Part shown: positions 13,619 through 30,014 of the stretch, piece by piece | Numbering within the stretch: the stretch's first letter is position 1 | How the letters are laid out: the number at the start of each line of letters is the position of its first letter | Assembly: GCF_009914755.1 (NCBI RefSeq) | Contig: NC_060926.1 | Strand: one strand, 5' to 3' | From: the human T2T-CHM13v2.0 reference genome, Homo sapiens | Length of the DNA stretch: 64,000 nucleotides | The notes under the pieces: model-generated | What the model was told of the DNA's origin: nothing | Seen by the model: the letters and a program-made list of their open reading frames with translations, nothing else | Databases searched by the model: none | Translations under genes and position numbers: made by a program

Positions 13619-14603
13619 AAGAAATCTGACAATATGTAAATAGAGTCTGAGGCCAGTTATAACCTTTGACACATAAATTACACCTAGGAGAATCTATCTG
13701 TAGGAAATAACCCTACACATTAAAACATTTTATACGTAAAGATGCTCACCATACCATTACTAATAATATTAAAAACTAGGGGGGAAACGAAATGTTTAAT
13801 AGTAGTAGAATTATCAAGTAAACTACGATTTGTCCATTATAAGGAATGTTACTTAAGCACCTCTTAGAAGATGAATGATTACATAACTACATGAAAAATG
13901 CCTCCTATAAGCGAAAAAGGGAGGATACAAAACTGTGTGTATATAATAATTAGTAATATACCTTATAAAAACTGAACACTCACGAATGAGAAAATGACAG
14001 GAAAATGCAACAAAATGCTAACAAAAATTGTATTTGAGTGACAAGAATAAGACTCTAACTTTTTCATATTCTCCATTATTTTAAATAAGCATATACTACT
14101 TTCAACATAAAAAGAGGGAACAAAAATGAAACAGATAGAGGCAACAAGACCTAGCCTAGACCACAGCATAATCCATTCATCCACCTGGCTTTGGAAGACT
14201 CCGCAGTTTCAATAGACTTAGCTAACCTGTAAAATCAGCAGTGAACTGGTAGCAAGGAAGAGATAATCTCAGTTGAAGAATATTTGTTTTGAATATAAGG
14301 AAACAGAGCTCATCTATGGGATGGGTAGTGATAATGGGGAGGACCTGAGGGACAAAAGACTGACCGTAGTAAGAAAAAATAAATGTAGGAAAAGAGTTGG
14401 AGTCTATAGGCCTACTGAAAACATACAGGTGTTTTTCTTCAATTCACACTTGGACTCAGGTCTCTAAAGGTCCGTGGTTCTCCTAAGTAAATATACCAAA
14501 AATTACAAATTTCAGGGGAACAGAGAATATTGCTAAATACTCATTTACTGTCACCCCCCAAAATAAAAATATTGACAATTATATCATAGAGTATCTCTGA
14601 TTA

Positions 14604-14927
<324 letters not shown>

Positions 14928-16018
14928 TAAAGAGTACATATCTAAAATTGGTAAGTTTCTCTGAGAAGTAGGGAAACCTCTTGTAAACAGCAAACACAAC
15001 TCCAAGCATTTCCTAATATATAGGCTAAAACATATACATCATAGACAGAACATGTAACAACAATCAAACACTTACTTGAGTTATACTAGAATAATACTAT
15101 AACATTTGGTTCCTAATTAATGATTGTTCCCTCTTCTTCGTTTTTATCACTATTGTCACTTCACAATAAGACTTACCTGTTCTGTAATGATTTTGTGCCT
15201 GTTGGTTTTTGTTTTGTTTCATTTCCAGCACACTGTATGCTCCCTAAGAATAAGTTGCTAATGCCTGCACTAAGTCTGGCATACAGTTGATCCTTAATAC
15301 ATAATGAAGATATTAGATCATGCACACAAACCCACTCAAGACTAAGATAAATGAACCAAGAAACATGTTTCCTTTTGCTATTTTGATTAAAGAAATTCTA
15401 CAAAGAGTGATATTATACACAAGGCCCTGAAAAACCGTTAAACTTCGATTTAACAGGGATTGGGGGAAGAAAAGTTTCCAGAGAAAGAAACCTCCATAAA
15501 AAATGCCATGGATGTCATGGAATTTGATCTTCATGGGACAGCCAACCAGTTTGGCAGTGCATGACAGCACAATTTTGAAGGTAGCCAAGGCTGAAAACAG
15601 AAAGGTTAAAAACAGGCAAGTATTTAAGTATGATATCTCCAGAGATGGAAAGGCCACAACTTATAGTCATATGGCAATTGAAATACGTTTTTCCAAAGAC
15701 ATAAATGCTATAAATGGTGGCACTGCAGACAGCCCACAGAAATTACTTCACCATTGAAACACTACACTTTTGCAACAATTAAAAATTGAAACCTATGCTA
15801 CTATAATATTGATAACTAATCAAAACAAGAGAATCATTGAAAGAACCTCTTTTATTTCCTTGAAGTGTTTGAAGCTAAACGGAAAGTTGGCTTAATTAAA
15901 GCATGAAAGAGATGGAGATGATGACCTGGTGCTAGGTTTCTGGGGAAAACCGGGCACTTGTCACTCTTAAAGGCCAGTGACAATGTGTTTTTAGTACATA
16001 TAACTTCATTTCCAAATA

Positions 16019-17477
<1,459 letters not shown>

Positions 17478-18510
17478 TACAGGTAGGAGAGGCATATCAT
17501 CAATACTGCTCTGTGTTTGTAAACCATGACCTGAATCACTTAGTGTCATATGGATAGAGCAAAAGAAGGAAGAAAGATACAGAAATAGATGACATTTTCT
17601 CACCTTAATGGAAGAAGAATTAAAGAGATGGGGGTTTAAAGAGGATGTGTGTTTTAAGACTGTGAGAAAGAGCTCTGTTCCAGGTACAATTACACAGTGA
17701 AGCTGAAGTGAGGAAATGGGAGGAGTGGAACATGCAGGCTCTTCCCCTGAGAGAGAGGAAAGGAGTTCACAGAGTACTGACAGCTTTCCACTTTGTTTTA
17801 GAGTTACGTTTACAGCCGAGTTCAAGTGTTATCTCTCCTCCTCCACTCTTCCCCAAAGATTTCGACCATATTTTATAAATGTCTGTACTCCCCTTAGTAC
17901 TCAGATCCTTGAACCTTGCAAACGTCTGTGCTGAATGAATGATGAAGAAAAAAAATGTTGAATCATCTAAACAGGACACTAATCATAGAAAATGGAACCA
18001 GCGGCATAAGAAGGCTTTGCTTATAGGGGGCAAAAGAAGAAATCAAGTGAATTGAAGGAGGGAAGTATGCAATTGACCATTTATATGTATCTAAATCAAC
18101 TTCAGGTATTCAGAATTTGAGTGATCATAGAGATAAATAAAAGAAAGATGAAGATGTCTGAAGAGTATTAGATGCTTCTAGAATTGTGTTTATAGAGTGG
18201 AAAATTCTAGCCCTCCAAGATTTAGTAACCTGTTTCTTTCTCAAGAGAAGTTAGTCTGACCCCGTCTTCTACTAAGCCTGAGCGGTCTGCCCTGACCCAG
18301 ACCGCCTCATGGACCACTTCTATAGAGGCAGTATATGCTGAAAAAAACATTTAGAGTTTAGAGGACAGAAAAGAAAGAAACGTAGCAAACAGAGAAAGAG
18401 AGATTGTTCAGGACAACTGACCTAAGTTGAGTTCAGAGACCAAGAAGTTACATCAAAACACTTGGTTCATAAATAAAAATAATTAATAATCCCAACAAAT
18501 TTAGAAAGAC

Positions 18511-18821
18511 GGCTGGGCATGGTGGCTCACACCTGTAATCCTATCACTTTGGGAGGCTGAGGTGGGTGGATCACTTGAGCTCAGGAATTTGAGACCAGCC
18601 TGGGCAAATGGCGAAACCCGGTCTCTACAAAGAATACAAAAATTAGCCAGGCATGGTGTCACGCACGTGTAGCCCCAGCTACTTGGGAGGTTGAGGCGGC
18701 GGGAGGATGGCTTGAGCCCAGCAGGCAGAGGTTGCAGTGAGCCAAGGTTGTGCCAGCCACTGCACTCCAGCCTGGGCGACAGAGCTAGGCCCTGTCTTAA
18801 AAAAAAAAAAAAAAAAAAAAA
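18511..18821 (+). mobile_element. AluJ (Jb-like)
   Basis: Dimeric Alu with TSD tagaaagac. Confidence 0.92.
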
Positions 18822-19317
18822 CCTAGAAAGACTATTTGACTTCACATTATTTGGCCTTACAAGAAGAAAATCAATGTGATAATATAGAGGTGAAATTCGA
18901 AAGTGAATTAGAGTTTATATTAAAAAACAATGTTAACATTCTGTTAGCTTGTTAGAGATTAGCTCTGAACCAGGGAGACATTTCATATTGCAGAATAGCA
19001 TTTTCGTGGTTAGGAACTGATTACATTCTACTCAGAATCTCTATTTTAACGTTCTACAAAACTTAGTAAAGTCATGTGTAAAGACACACACTTTGTTCCT
19101 GGGTGAGATTTTTATAATGCAAGCTGCTTACAGGAATGAATTTTATGGAATCATATATCTAGACACTTGTACTACTTCACATCTTTTAATAATTACATAA
19201 AGAAAATACATAAAAGAAAAACATATTTTCCTATTAAGCTAAAATACTACATACATAGTCTTAAGTCACTGTTCTTAACACAAACATTTTCAGAGCTTTT
19301 CAGATAGCCTAGAAGAA

Positions 19318-19933
19318 TGTAGTAGCACACATGATTAGTTGCCTAATCAATATTTATTCCTCTATCTCATCCTTCCTCTTAACAGAACTGATTTTGGTTG
19401 GGTATTCACCCTTCTGAGTAGTCACGTGCTTCGGGGAGGACCAGCACCAACCCCAGACCCAACTGATGAATCCTATTAGTCTAATTATAGTGGATCTATT
19501 TCTATCACCAGGGATAAGCTGGGCCATGCTAAGATGTTAACTCTGGCCAACAAGATATGAAGAAAAGTGTGTAGAGTGTGGAGGTGGGAACATGGGAACA
19601 TAAACAGGAGGAAATGCTGTTGCTCTTAAAAAGAAACAGAAATGCACAAGGCCACTGGGTATTGTGCCTAGACACTGCAGTGTCTGGATATGATGGCTGG
19701 AACTGAAGCCATCTTGCAACCATGAAGGAAGCTTGCCTGGGGCTCATGGCATCACATCAAGGATGGCACAGCAGAAACAAGAAGGGAAATCGGAGTCTCT
19801 GATGATGTTTTCAACCTCAAAAGAATCAATCCTCTTTAAAATTTCCTGGTTATATATGGGATAGTAAGTTGTCTGTATTTAAATTTTGATTTGGGTTTAC
19901 TGTTATTCGCAGCCAAAAGGATTCTAGCTGCAT
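19318..19933 (+). mobile_element. MaLR solo LTR (MLT1J/K-like)
   Basis: Starts tgtagtag, internal gccatcttgcaaccatgaagg, ends gttattcgcagccaaaaggattctagctgcata, as in old MLT1 LTRs. Confidence 0.7.
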
Positions 19934-20618
19934 AAGTCTGAATTATTTCAAGCCTCTGGGTAAATGTTAACAGACGGTGCTATTACTGTGGGGATTAGGA
20001 ATGACAACAACAGAGTGTGCTACTTAATTTACTAGCAAGACTGTATTTCAAAGCTGGTTACTATGTTATGTCGTTCTCCCTGTCGGCACTCTTCACCCAC
20101 CCCACAAACAGATACATATATCACAGTCATGCAAGTTAGGTACTAATCTTGCTGATCAGTTCACCAACTGTATTATAGGCACTATCTTCCCCATACTAAT
20201 GGTCAAATCATTGGGAAAATGGAAATTATGTTCTTCTGACAAAATGTTAGAAGATTCTAACCTAGAATATAAAGTTCATTCTCTCAAAGAGGCATTTTGG
20301 TTATTATAGAATTTTTAAAGGTCTACAATTATGAAATTTTCCTAGATTCAAATGTATTGACTACCTACTATATGTAGGACGCTATTTTACATTTTTATCT
20401 GACAATGTGGGATAATTTACAGTGTATTTAGCTGTAACTAAAACTAATCCTTTCTGTTGCTGCCAAGATATATCTCAAATATATATGTCTTTCTCACAGT
20501 AGATATATCTACTGCTCCTAATAATCAGAAATATGCCTTTCACCTGCCTTAATCAGTATCCCGACAGCAGTATTCCCCAAACTGTTGGATGGAAAAAAAA
20601 TGGCAATATATGTTCTTT

Positions 20619-20654
20619 GAGAGAGAGAGAGAGAGAGAGAAGGGAAGAGAGAGA
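20619..20654. repeat. (GA)n microsatellite
   Basis: GA dinucleotide run with one interruption. Confidence 0.85.
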
Positions 20655-23499
20655 ATCTCCATGGTCAAATAATTTAGGGAAATGCTCATACTGCATGCTA
20701 TATCCCACTCTTGATGATTCTCAAAACACATTATAGCACAGGTCTGAGAAACCTGTCATTATTTAATTCAGCATTTCTAGTCAGTGAATAACAGAAAAAT
20801 CTATTTTTCACTAAACATCTCTTAATTTCTTGAGAAAACTAGTATTCGTTAAAACATAGGACATATATTCCCCATTAACATAGCTGCTACTCAATTTAGA
20901 AGTGGCACTCCCTTTCAAGGCCTTGCATCACATTCTCCATGCCCACCAGCCAGTGGTACAGAATGCAATCACTTCTCAAATAATTCCTAAAGCAATGGTT
21001 TTATCACAGAATACTCTGATACAAAGACTTCTAAATGAATCCCAATGTTCTGTAAAATTCAAACTAGTCTCCTGACATGTCTGTTTTCCACACTCACTGA
21101 TAGTCTCAGAACCTACTACAGTGCCTATGCAGACTAAGTGACCATGAATCCTTGCTCTAGGAATGAATGACTGAATGAACACTTCCACATGTCCTCTCTT
21201 TCCTCATCTGATTCATCTTTTAATTTTCTTAGACATGTACAATGTGTGTTCCAACTTCTACATCTCTGTTTATGTTACATGATCCCATATGCAACACCCT
21301 CTTCTCTACCTGTTGAAATCCTGACCATCCTTTCAAGTCCGGATTCAACCCAGACTGCTACATGGAGAATGGCCTCATCCTCCTCTGACCTCTTATCCCC
21401 TGACAGTCAGTGCCAGAGAGTTTGATTCTCACATTTCCTAAACTAGTTTCCATGTTGGTCTTACCTCTCAATAAATGGTAAACTCCTTGAAATCTCAGAC
21501 ATGTTATAAACTACTTTTGTATATACCAGGATGCCAAGGTCCATAAGGAGTATTCAATGAAAAAATTAAGAGTATATTTTATTTAAAAGTTCAATGTATA
21601 ACAACAATAGCTGGAAATTCCTGAGATTTCCAAACTGTACATTACTCAAATCAGTAGTTACAAGGACCAAGTTCTGAATAAAGAAATATTATCCAAGTTC
21701 TAAAGAAACTGTTCCCTCTGGCTTTAACCTCTTAGACTCCATTTTCTCATTTGGAAAATAGCTCAGTGGTATTGCTCTACAGGTATTGAAGGGGCAAGAA
21801 ATACTGCTTGTAAACCCCCTGATAAATGAAGACTTTATCTCATACTCCTGGAAGCAATCCTGACGTCTTAAATTATGTAATCCTGGTATTACATTATATT
21901 AGTCTGGCCCATATAAAATGTAAGCTACAAAAATACCAAAGCTAAGAAAAAATATTTACTCATGCTTTTACTAAGATGCAGAAAGAGGATACATGCATTG
22001 CCAAAATTCCATAGAACATGCTCAAACTAAAGCAACAATGCCTTAGTTATTAAAGAAGGCAATGGCCTGAAGCAGTACTTAGAAATAAAGATTACTTGGT
22101 CCACGTAAGAGTCAATATTTAAGAACACAATGACTAATTCCCACTTCAAGTTCATGAAAACATTTCTTTTGAAGAACTTCTTTTCAGTTAAAAACTTTAT
22201 TTGTGGTTCTCCTACCTGTAATCTATGAACCTAAGAATGAACAAAAACTTGAAACATGAAACTCTCTAATAGGCCAAAGTGTCAGTACAGACTTAATTCT
22301 GACTTTAGGAACATCTCAACCAGGGTTACACAAAACTTGTACTTTACCTCTCAGTCTCCAAAAATACTCATTTATCTACTCTGCCTAAAGAGTAGATAAA
22401 TGATTGAATGTTAATTCTACAAACAACTCTGGAAAATGCATGAATGACACTCCAGACTATACCAAAACACTAGAGCTCTTAACTTACTTTCAAATCATTA
22501 ATATTTATAATCTTATGATAATTAAAGCACCTCTTTGAGAAAATTAACTTCATACTTTAAATCAGAATCATCTGAATCCAAACTACTATTACTGTTGCTA
22601 ACAGAAACTTCATTTCTAAATAATCGACTGATTTTTTAAAATGTTTTAGTTGAGCTTATTGTGAACTAAAAATAACCATTAAATTCTATCACCAGCACTA
22701 GCTCTGTGACCTTACACAAATTGCTTAACTTTTCTGCACCTCAATTTTCAGATCTGCAAAATGAGAATGAGACTGGATGACTTCCTAGGTCCTCTCAAAG
22801 ATAAAAACAAATAATAATAATGGTTATTAGTATCATTTTAATTAAAGATATCAATGAAAGACATAAGCACACACTCTAGAGAAAGAGTTAAGTCTAGAGA
22901 AATCATAAGAATTATCATAAGCCTCAAAATCCTCTATCAATAGCACCAAACTATTATCAAACATAAGAGTTTTATAGAGATAAATGTTAAAAAAAAAAAA
23001 AGTTAACTTCTTGCTAGCAACACTGATATCCTTATTGGGGTAATTTCATTCATTCTCTACTTTCTAACCAGAAAACTAAGATTTCTACCTTCATAGTTTT
23101 ACGACATTCCCGGTTGACATTAGAAACCTTGAGCCTTGCTCCTCTCCTCCCTCACCTCTGTCTACATGAGAACAGCGAGGGGCTCATTGAGGTAAATAAC
23201 ATTCATGCACCAAAAAATACACATCCTTATTGTCTTTTACCGTCCAGATAAAGAATCTTAAAGTCAACCCAAAACAAAATTCTCCTCTGGTTTACTCCTA
23301 CCTTTCCTGCTAAAATCAACCTACTATGTGGGAGATTTGAGATTATTGGTCAACATTCAGACTTTGGGTGAAGTGGCTAATTTCCCAAAGAGTCTGACAA
23401 AATAAAATCTAAAGCCAACTCCAAAAAGGTGACACCCTGCCCATGAGGGAATCCGTTGTTTGGTGTGTAACAGCATGTGCTCTGCAGATGGAGCTCGCT

Positions 23500-23680
23500 T
23501 TGTGTTCTAGTTCTGCCACTTTCTGGCTGTATGGCCACAGGCAAGTAGCTAAACCTCATGAGCCTTAGGTCCCTCTTCTGTGAAATGAGGATGATACTGC
23601 CTACCTCGCAGAGCTGTGATCTCGGCTAAGTTAGACATGTATAAAGGGTCTGGCATGGCCCACGCACTAAAGAAATGTTA
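23500..23680 (+). mobile_element. MIR SINE
   Basis: gttctgccactttctggctgt...ggcaagtagctaaacctcatgagcct...tgaaatgaggatgat. Confidence 0.75.
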
Positions 23681-23918
23681 CCTTCCTTCACAACTTCTCC
23701 TGTCCTTCTACACAACTGAACAGAGACTCCAGCACCACAGATAACTGCCATATTCTTCATCAGACTTGGAGTCCCCTAGGGCAGAGAGTATTTCTGATTT
23801 ATCTTTGGATCCCAGTAACTAGCAGAGGGCCTGGCCCAGAGTAAAAACATAATAAATGCTTGTTCAGTGGAGAAAATTAGAACTGTTTGGGTTTGAGGAT
23901 GTTAATATTACCCTGGCC

Positions 23919-24281
<363 letters not shown>

Positions 24282-27200
24282 CTACAAGTTACTATGTAGT
24301 TCGAAGCAAATAAGCTATTCTGAATTCTAATAATTACATTCTCTAAAATATGAAAACCCAATTGCCCTGCAGCTTTCAATTTTAGTTTTGAGAATTCAAT
24401 TCTTTCCCAAACAATAGCGTGGGTAACCACAGAAACTTGTGGAATCTCTTTTCCTAGAAAACATGAAGAACAGGAGAGAAGCCAGTCTGTCTGGAAATTG
24501 CTTCAAAATCTCTCTATAAGCACGATGCTGGACTGGATTAGATGCCCCTTGAAGGATCCTTCCAGACCTACACCACTAAAATGCTAAGAAAAATAACTAA
24601 AATAATTCTCTATCACTTATACCCTGGAAAATAAAATAAATACAATTTAACATCTCCCAACATAGTCACTAGAAACAATTTTACTTGGATCATCCCATGA
24701 TTTTAGAAACACATTTTCTTCTTAAATTGTACTAAATTATCCTAAGCTATTAATTTGAATATGAGCTCTCTTTAATAAGACAGAATAGAGATTGTACTTA
24801 ACACAGTAAACAAAACTATTATTTTGTTCCTCTTTCAATCTACCTGTTTCCATGTACCCCAAATCTACTCATTTCCCAATGCCTTGTAAAAAATACTACT
24901 TCCCCCCAACATATACTCCACTCAATTCTACCATTTATAAATTTCTAATGTGTTCATCACTCACATCACATTGTACAGGTGATTTTTATATGGTGTCTCC
25001 TATTTGTATCTGACTCACATGTAACAATTTTTGTCTTCCTAACTGAACTGTAAACTCCTTGAGTAAGATCCAAGTTTTATATTCTTCATGTACTCCCCTA
25101 TTATGTTAATACTGAGTTCATGATAAGTGCTTTCAAATTCTCATTGGCTCACTGATTTAAGGTGGAGAGTGTGCAAAAGCTAGACAATGCTATACATTAA
25201 GAACCTGCATGAAGCTTTGGCAAAGCACACTCCAAGAAGTCAAAAATAAACCTTTTCTGATTGCTACATATTGACATGTATCATTTAGCTGGGACTCACA
25301 GCTGAAAGTTAATACACACAGGGGCTAAAAGGAAAGACCTAGAGCTAAGCGCCATATTAGTTTAGCTCCTGTCCTGTAAGAAATGAGGAGCTATGAAGCT
25401 GAGCTCACTCACATGGAGATGGAGGCTATTTTAGAAAACATGCATATTGCACAGGTTGCAGAGCTTTGCTGGTTCTGATTTTACATAAAATCAGTTCTTC
25501 ATTCTGTCAGGCCAAGTCAGTCACGCAGCAATAAACAGAAAGGAAAAGAGCTTTAAAAGTTAAAATGTAATAATATTACTTTAAAAGCACAAGTGAAACT
25601 TGTGTTTTCTCATTCTTTAAAACCCAAAAAACACATCTAAAATAAGACTAATGGGTGCAAAAATTCAGTCATTACAGGTACCCTCTACACACTTACAAAG
25701 GATCCTCTGCTCCTTTCTTTATATATGAAACAGGAACTTCTTGTCTGTACTATGCGACAGGGACTGTTCTACGGCACTGGGAATACATCATTTTACCAAA
25801 CTTACAATTCCAGTAACATTATGTAAAGCCTTACTTTAGTATTTTAAAAAAAGAAAAGACCTCAGGAATATTCCAAACCTTATTTTACAGAGAAGAAAAC
25901 CAAAGCCCAGAGAGGTTGGCTATTTTGTCTCAGTTGATTATAGTGGTTATATTGTAACAAACGCAGGAGTAGAAACCAGATTTCTTATTTCTCCTCTAGT
26001 AACAAAATTTACTTATTCATTAGGCAATTATTCCTATATGCCTTCTATATGCCAGATACTATGCTAGACTCTAGGTACCCAAGAATGGTTAAGATACTGA
26101 CCTTGTCCTCAAAAAGCACGGTCTTAAGAGCAAGACAATCAGATGAGTACAATCACAGAAGTGGTAACAGAAAGAAAAACCAAACTATATCTCTAATTGC
26201 CTAGGACTTCCAATATGTTAAAGAAAATGAACTTCTAATAGTTTGTTTTATCCTCACAATAGCCCTAGGAGTAGACAGCACAGATCTTATTATTCCTGGT
26301 ATATAGATGGAGAAACTGAAGTGCAAAGTGGATAAGGGGGCCTATTAAGGTCATCTCCAGTGGCAGCAAAATGCCTAGAAACCAGGTTTGTTTACTCCAA
26401 GTCAGACCTTTATTTCCCATTAGATGGAAAAAGCAGATGTTCTTTTTATGTCCAGTTCCCTCTGACCAAGAACACACATTTCCAAATTGCGAGCAGGACA
26501 ATCTGTGGTTGTGAAAGGAAACAACTGACTTGTGAGGTGTGTCACCGGCTGAGGTTAGTTATCCGGTGGATAAGTAACCAACCAAGATATCATTATTACT
26601 AGCCTTCTTAAAGTGCCCATTACGTACCCAGAACAGATGAAAAAGGTCCTTCCTTCAGAAAGTTAATATTGGAAGGAACAGGCATATAAACATTTAAACA
26701 AAAAGTGACATAATTAAACAAACTAAAACTAAAAGAACCATCACAAGCAACTGCAAATTTAAGACACTAAAGGTTTTGCAAAGCAAACCTAATGGGAGCT
26801 GCCAAGAAATATATCTTCATGGGTTAAACAGGGAACAGAAGCCTTGTACACATAATGGTCCATACCGATCTTCAGATTACTAAAATTAAAAGCTCTCACA
26901 TTCTTCACAGTTAAAAACTTCTCATTCCTATTTCCTTTTTTCTAGAAATCTTATATATTTTGTAATCTTTCCTATCCAAGAGGAATAAATTTATAATGGA
27001 GGTTTCCATCATTGTAACTTTGGCAAAAAATTAAAATTGTATAGTATCACTGCCCTATTCTTCCTCCCTCAGATACAACCTAAATGAGGTTTTCTCATTT
27101 TCTGATCATTTTCTCCTATACATAGTAAAATGTATATATATTTATATATATATTCAAGAATCACTTCATAAAAAACAAAAAAAAATTTTCTTCAAGTTCA

Positions 27201-27865
27201 GTTTTAAACATTAATTTTACTTGTTTGATGACTTAATATCATATTTCATTTATACCAGTATTTATCAAGGCCTTATAACATGACCCAACTGTTTTAAACT
27301 GTAGCACACTGGAGAATTATTAACAAAATAGACAAAGCTAAGGAGAAACAAATATTAGTGATTTCAAGTTAGTGACAGGAAGAATTTCTTTAAGAACAGG
27401 CTAAAAAATAAAAATTATAATCATCCCTCCACAAGAGTAATGTTTTATTTATTTAAAAAATACTCAGTTAAAAAAAAAATTAAAAAGCTCTCTGGTATTG
27501 CCTGAACATGCTCAAGGGATTTATACTTACAGCCAGTTACCTTCCTTTTAAATATCTGGTGAATGTTACAGGGTGACAAGAAGCAATTTAAATGATAATT
27601 CGGAAATACCATAGTAGGTTTCATTAGAATTATCACTAGTACATCACAAAATGATTTCATATTTTTTTAATTCCTAAGATTTAGTTCCATCACACAAAAA
27701 TGCATTTCAATAAACATTAGCTTAAAACTTAAATATGAAGCATAATGACTTTTTTAGGGAAGAAGGGAATAGGGCTTTGAATATAACTCTAGATCCTCAA
27801 GAGAAAGACCACTGGGCCAAACTGGATCCTAAATAAAGTTAAGGAAGTAATTAAATGTGCAGCAA

Positions 27866-27892
27866 CAGTGACATCTAGTGTTAACAACTGCA
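27866..27892 (-). promoter_or_regulatory. Candidate CTCF site (core plus upstream motif)
   Basis: Minus strand reads TGCAG-ttgtta-ACACTAGATGTCACTG, close to the CCACYAGRKGGCRC core with a TGCAG upstream module. Motif evidence only. Confidence 0.4.
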
Positions 27893-28608
27893 AGTCAATT
27901 AGATTACCATTAAATCCTCTTAAGTGCTAAAAAACAACTATTCAAAGCTTTTCTTCTTTAAAAACAAACAGATCTTGTGCATTTTTATCTAAAAACTACC
28001 CAAAATCAAAATGGTTCCACAGGTTTCTTTTCAGGCATAACAAAAAAGCTGTTTTTTAAAGACAAAAACAAATTAGAGGTTAAACATAAAACTAAAGACC
28101 AAAAGTAAAAAGCACTGTTTATTTCTTGTGGTTAACACATATAGGTGCTCCTCTTAGTACGAGAGTTTAATGCAAAGGTAATGTGAGAGATGTTCTAATG
28201 AGAGGATCATAAACATTTAAACTTCCACCTATAAAATTAAAGATATTATACAAGCTAGGATAATATATACAAGTAAAGTTAAGACATTTCAGGACTACTT
28301 AAAGAAGATGCAATTAAAAAAAAAAAAACAAAAAAAACACTAGCTTTTGCATGGAGAAACAAGCTCTACATTTCACCCCTTGCTACCTTGCTAAATTTTT
28401 GTTGCTTTGAAAGGTCCACTTATTAAACAGTTGATATTTTTGCCCAAGGGTTTATAACTTGGCAGCATAGGTTAATTCATTACAGTATTTTTATAGTTTT
28501 ATGCTCTAGATGAATCTATAACAGTAGGCACAATTTCAAAATTTGTTTTTGGCCAGGACAATATTGTATTTTTTAAAAAAAGTAAAGTTAGCCTTAAATG
28601 GAGCTTAC

Positions 28609-28700
28609 CTATTTGTTTTGGAATGTTCATCCTTTGCCCTTTTAACTCCAAAAATTCTTGTGATCAAGGCACTAAAGAGAAGTGTGGATGAATTTCGCAC
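28609..28700 (-). CDS. THADA: THADA internal coding exon (probably exon 26), VRNSSTLLFSALITRIFGVKRAKDEHSKTN(R)
   Basis: 92-nt exon with acceptor ...cattag|GTGCGA and donor AATAG|gtaagc, phase 0 to phase 2. The translation matches the human THADA protein as I recall it and continues the frame of the exon at 42207-42329. Confidence 0.96.
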
Positions 28701-29124
28701 CTAATGTACAAACGAAAACACAATAAGGCTTAAATATTCTTGGCATGAAACCAACGTTTACAATGTTCAAACTAGATAATTCAAAATCATTACCTAACTG
28801 GCTAGTGTGAGGCTAAAAAGACAGATTTGTGTTCATAAAATAATTTAAAAAAAAAACTTGACAGTCATCGATTCAATGACTTCAATTGAGCTCTACAACC
28901 CAATCACATGCACACAACACAGCCTTTTCCTATATTCCTAATATTACCATCAACAGTTTTCACTAATCTCTGCACTTAGAGCATCAAATAACACTTTTCT
29001 AAAAATTCATTTTTCTATATGCTTCCTGACAATGAAGATTGCAGTAAAACCTCAGCTCTTTCCATTTATTTTCTGAAATCATTTTACCTACGAGAAAATA
29101 CTTATAAAACCTAACTTCAAAGAA

Positions 29125-29486
29125 CCAGGCCCAGTGGCTTACACCTGTAATCCCAGCTACTTGGGAGGCTAAAGTGGAAGGACTGCTTGAGGCCAGGAGT
29201 TTGAGACCAGCCTGGGCAATACAGTAAGACCCCCATCTCAAAAAAAAAAAAAAGTATTTTTTTAGAGATTTTTTTGTTTGTTTTGCTTTTGACTTTTTGT
29301 TGTTGTTGTTATTTTTACAGCCATGGCACATGCCTATAGTCCCAGGTAGTCAGAAGGCTCAGGCAGGAGGATTGCATAAGGCCAGGAGTTTGAGGCTGCA
29401 GTAAGCTATGATTGTGCCACTGTGCTCCAGCCTGGGCAAAAGAGTGAGAACCTGTCTTTAAAAAAACAAAAAGAAAATCCAAAAAT
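29125..29486 (+). mobile_element. AluJo-like element with expanded T-rich linker
   Basis: Left arm 29125-29240 and right arm ~29318-29460 are enclosed by one TSD cctaacttcaaagaa (29110-29124 / 29487-29501). Confidence 0.88.
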
Positions 29487-30014
29487 CCTAACTTCAAAGA
29501 ATCCAGGTAATTAATATGGCTAAGAAAATAGTTAAATCCAAAATGTTGCTTATCAGCTTCACAATGCAAGTAACTTACCAAGTAATTTCAATACTGAAAT
29601 TAACTGATAACATTAGTAAAGATAAGAGGCAGGAATTACCATGAATAAACACAAATTATTTCTCCAAGATGATAATAATCTTTTCCCTATCTTTTCCAAA
29701 CCAATGTGTCAAGATGCTTTGGAAGAGCATAAAAGGGTCTTGACTGTTTTGGCACTATAGGCTTCCTCAATTACTCTGTAAAAATCGGTGTAGAGATATA
29801 TATGTACTCACCTTGCTACAGTGTGTAAGGCCCTATACCAGCACCATGGATAAGATCCAGAAACAGAAAACACATACTTACTGGTATTACAGACCTTATA
29901 CTCTAATTAAGTAAGTGACATAACCACATGGTGTGTTAAATAGCAATATAAGTAGAAAGATCACTAAAAGTAACGTTAAGATTTAGAAAACAGCTTCCTG
30001 AAAGCAATGCCCTT

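Noticed and set aside
20560-20870. Possible old DNA transposon around the (GA)n repeat
   Set aside because: Only a vague resemblance to hAT-type ends; I could not assign a family or boundaries.
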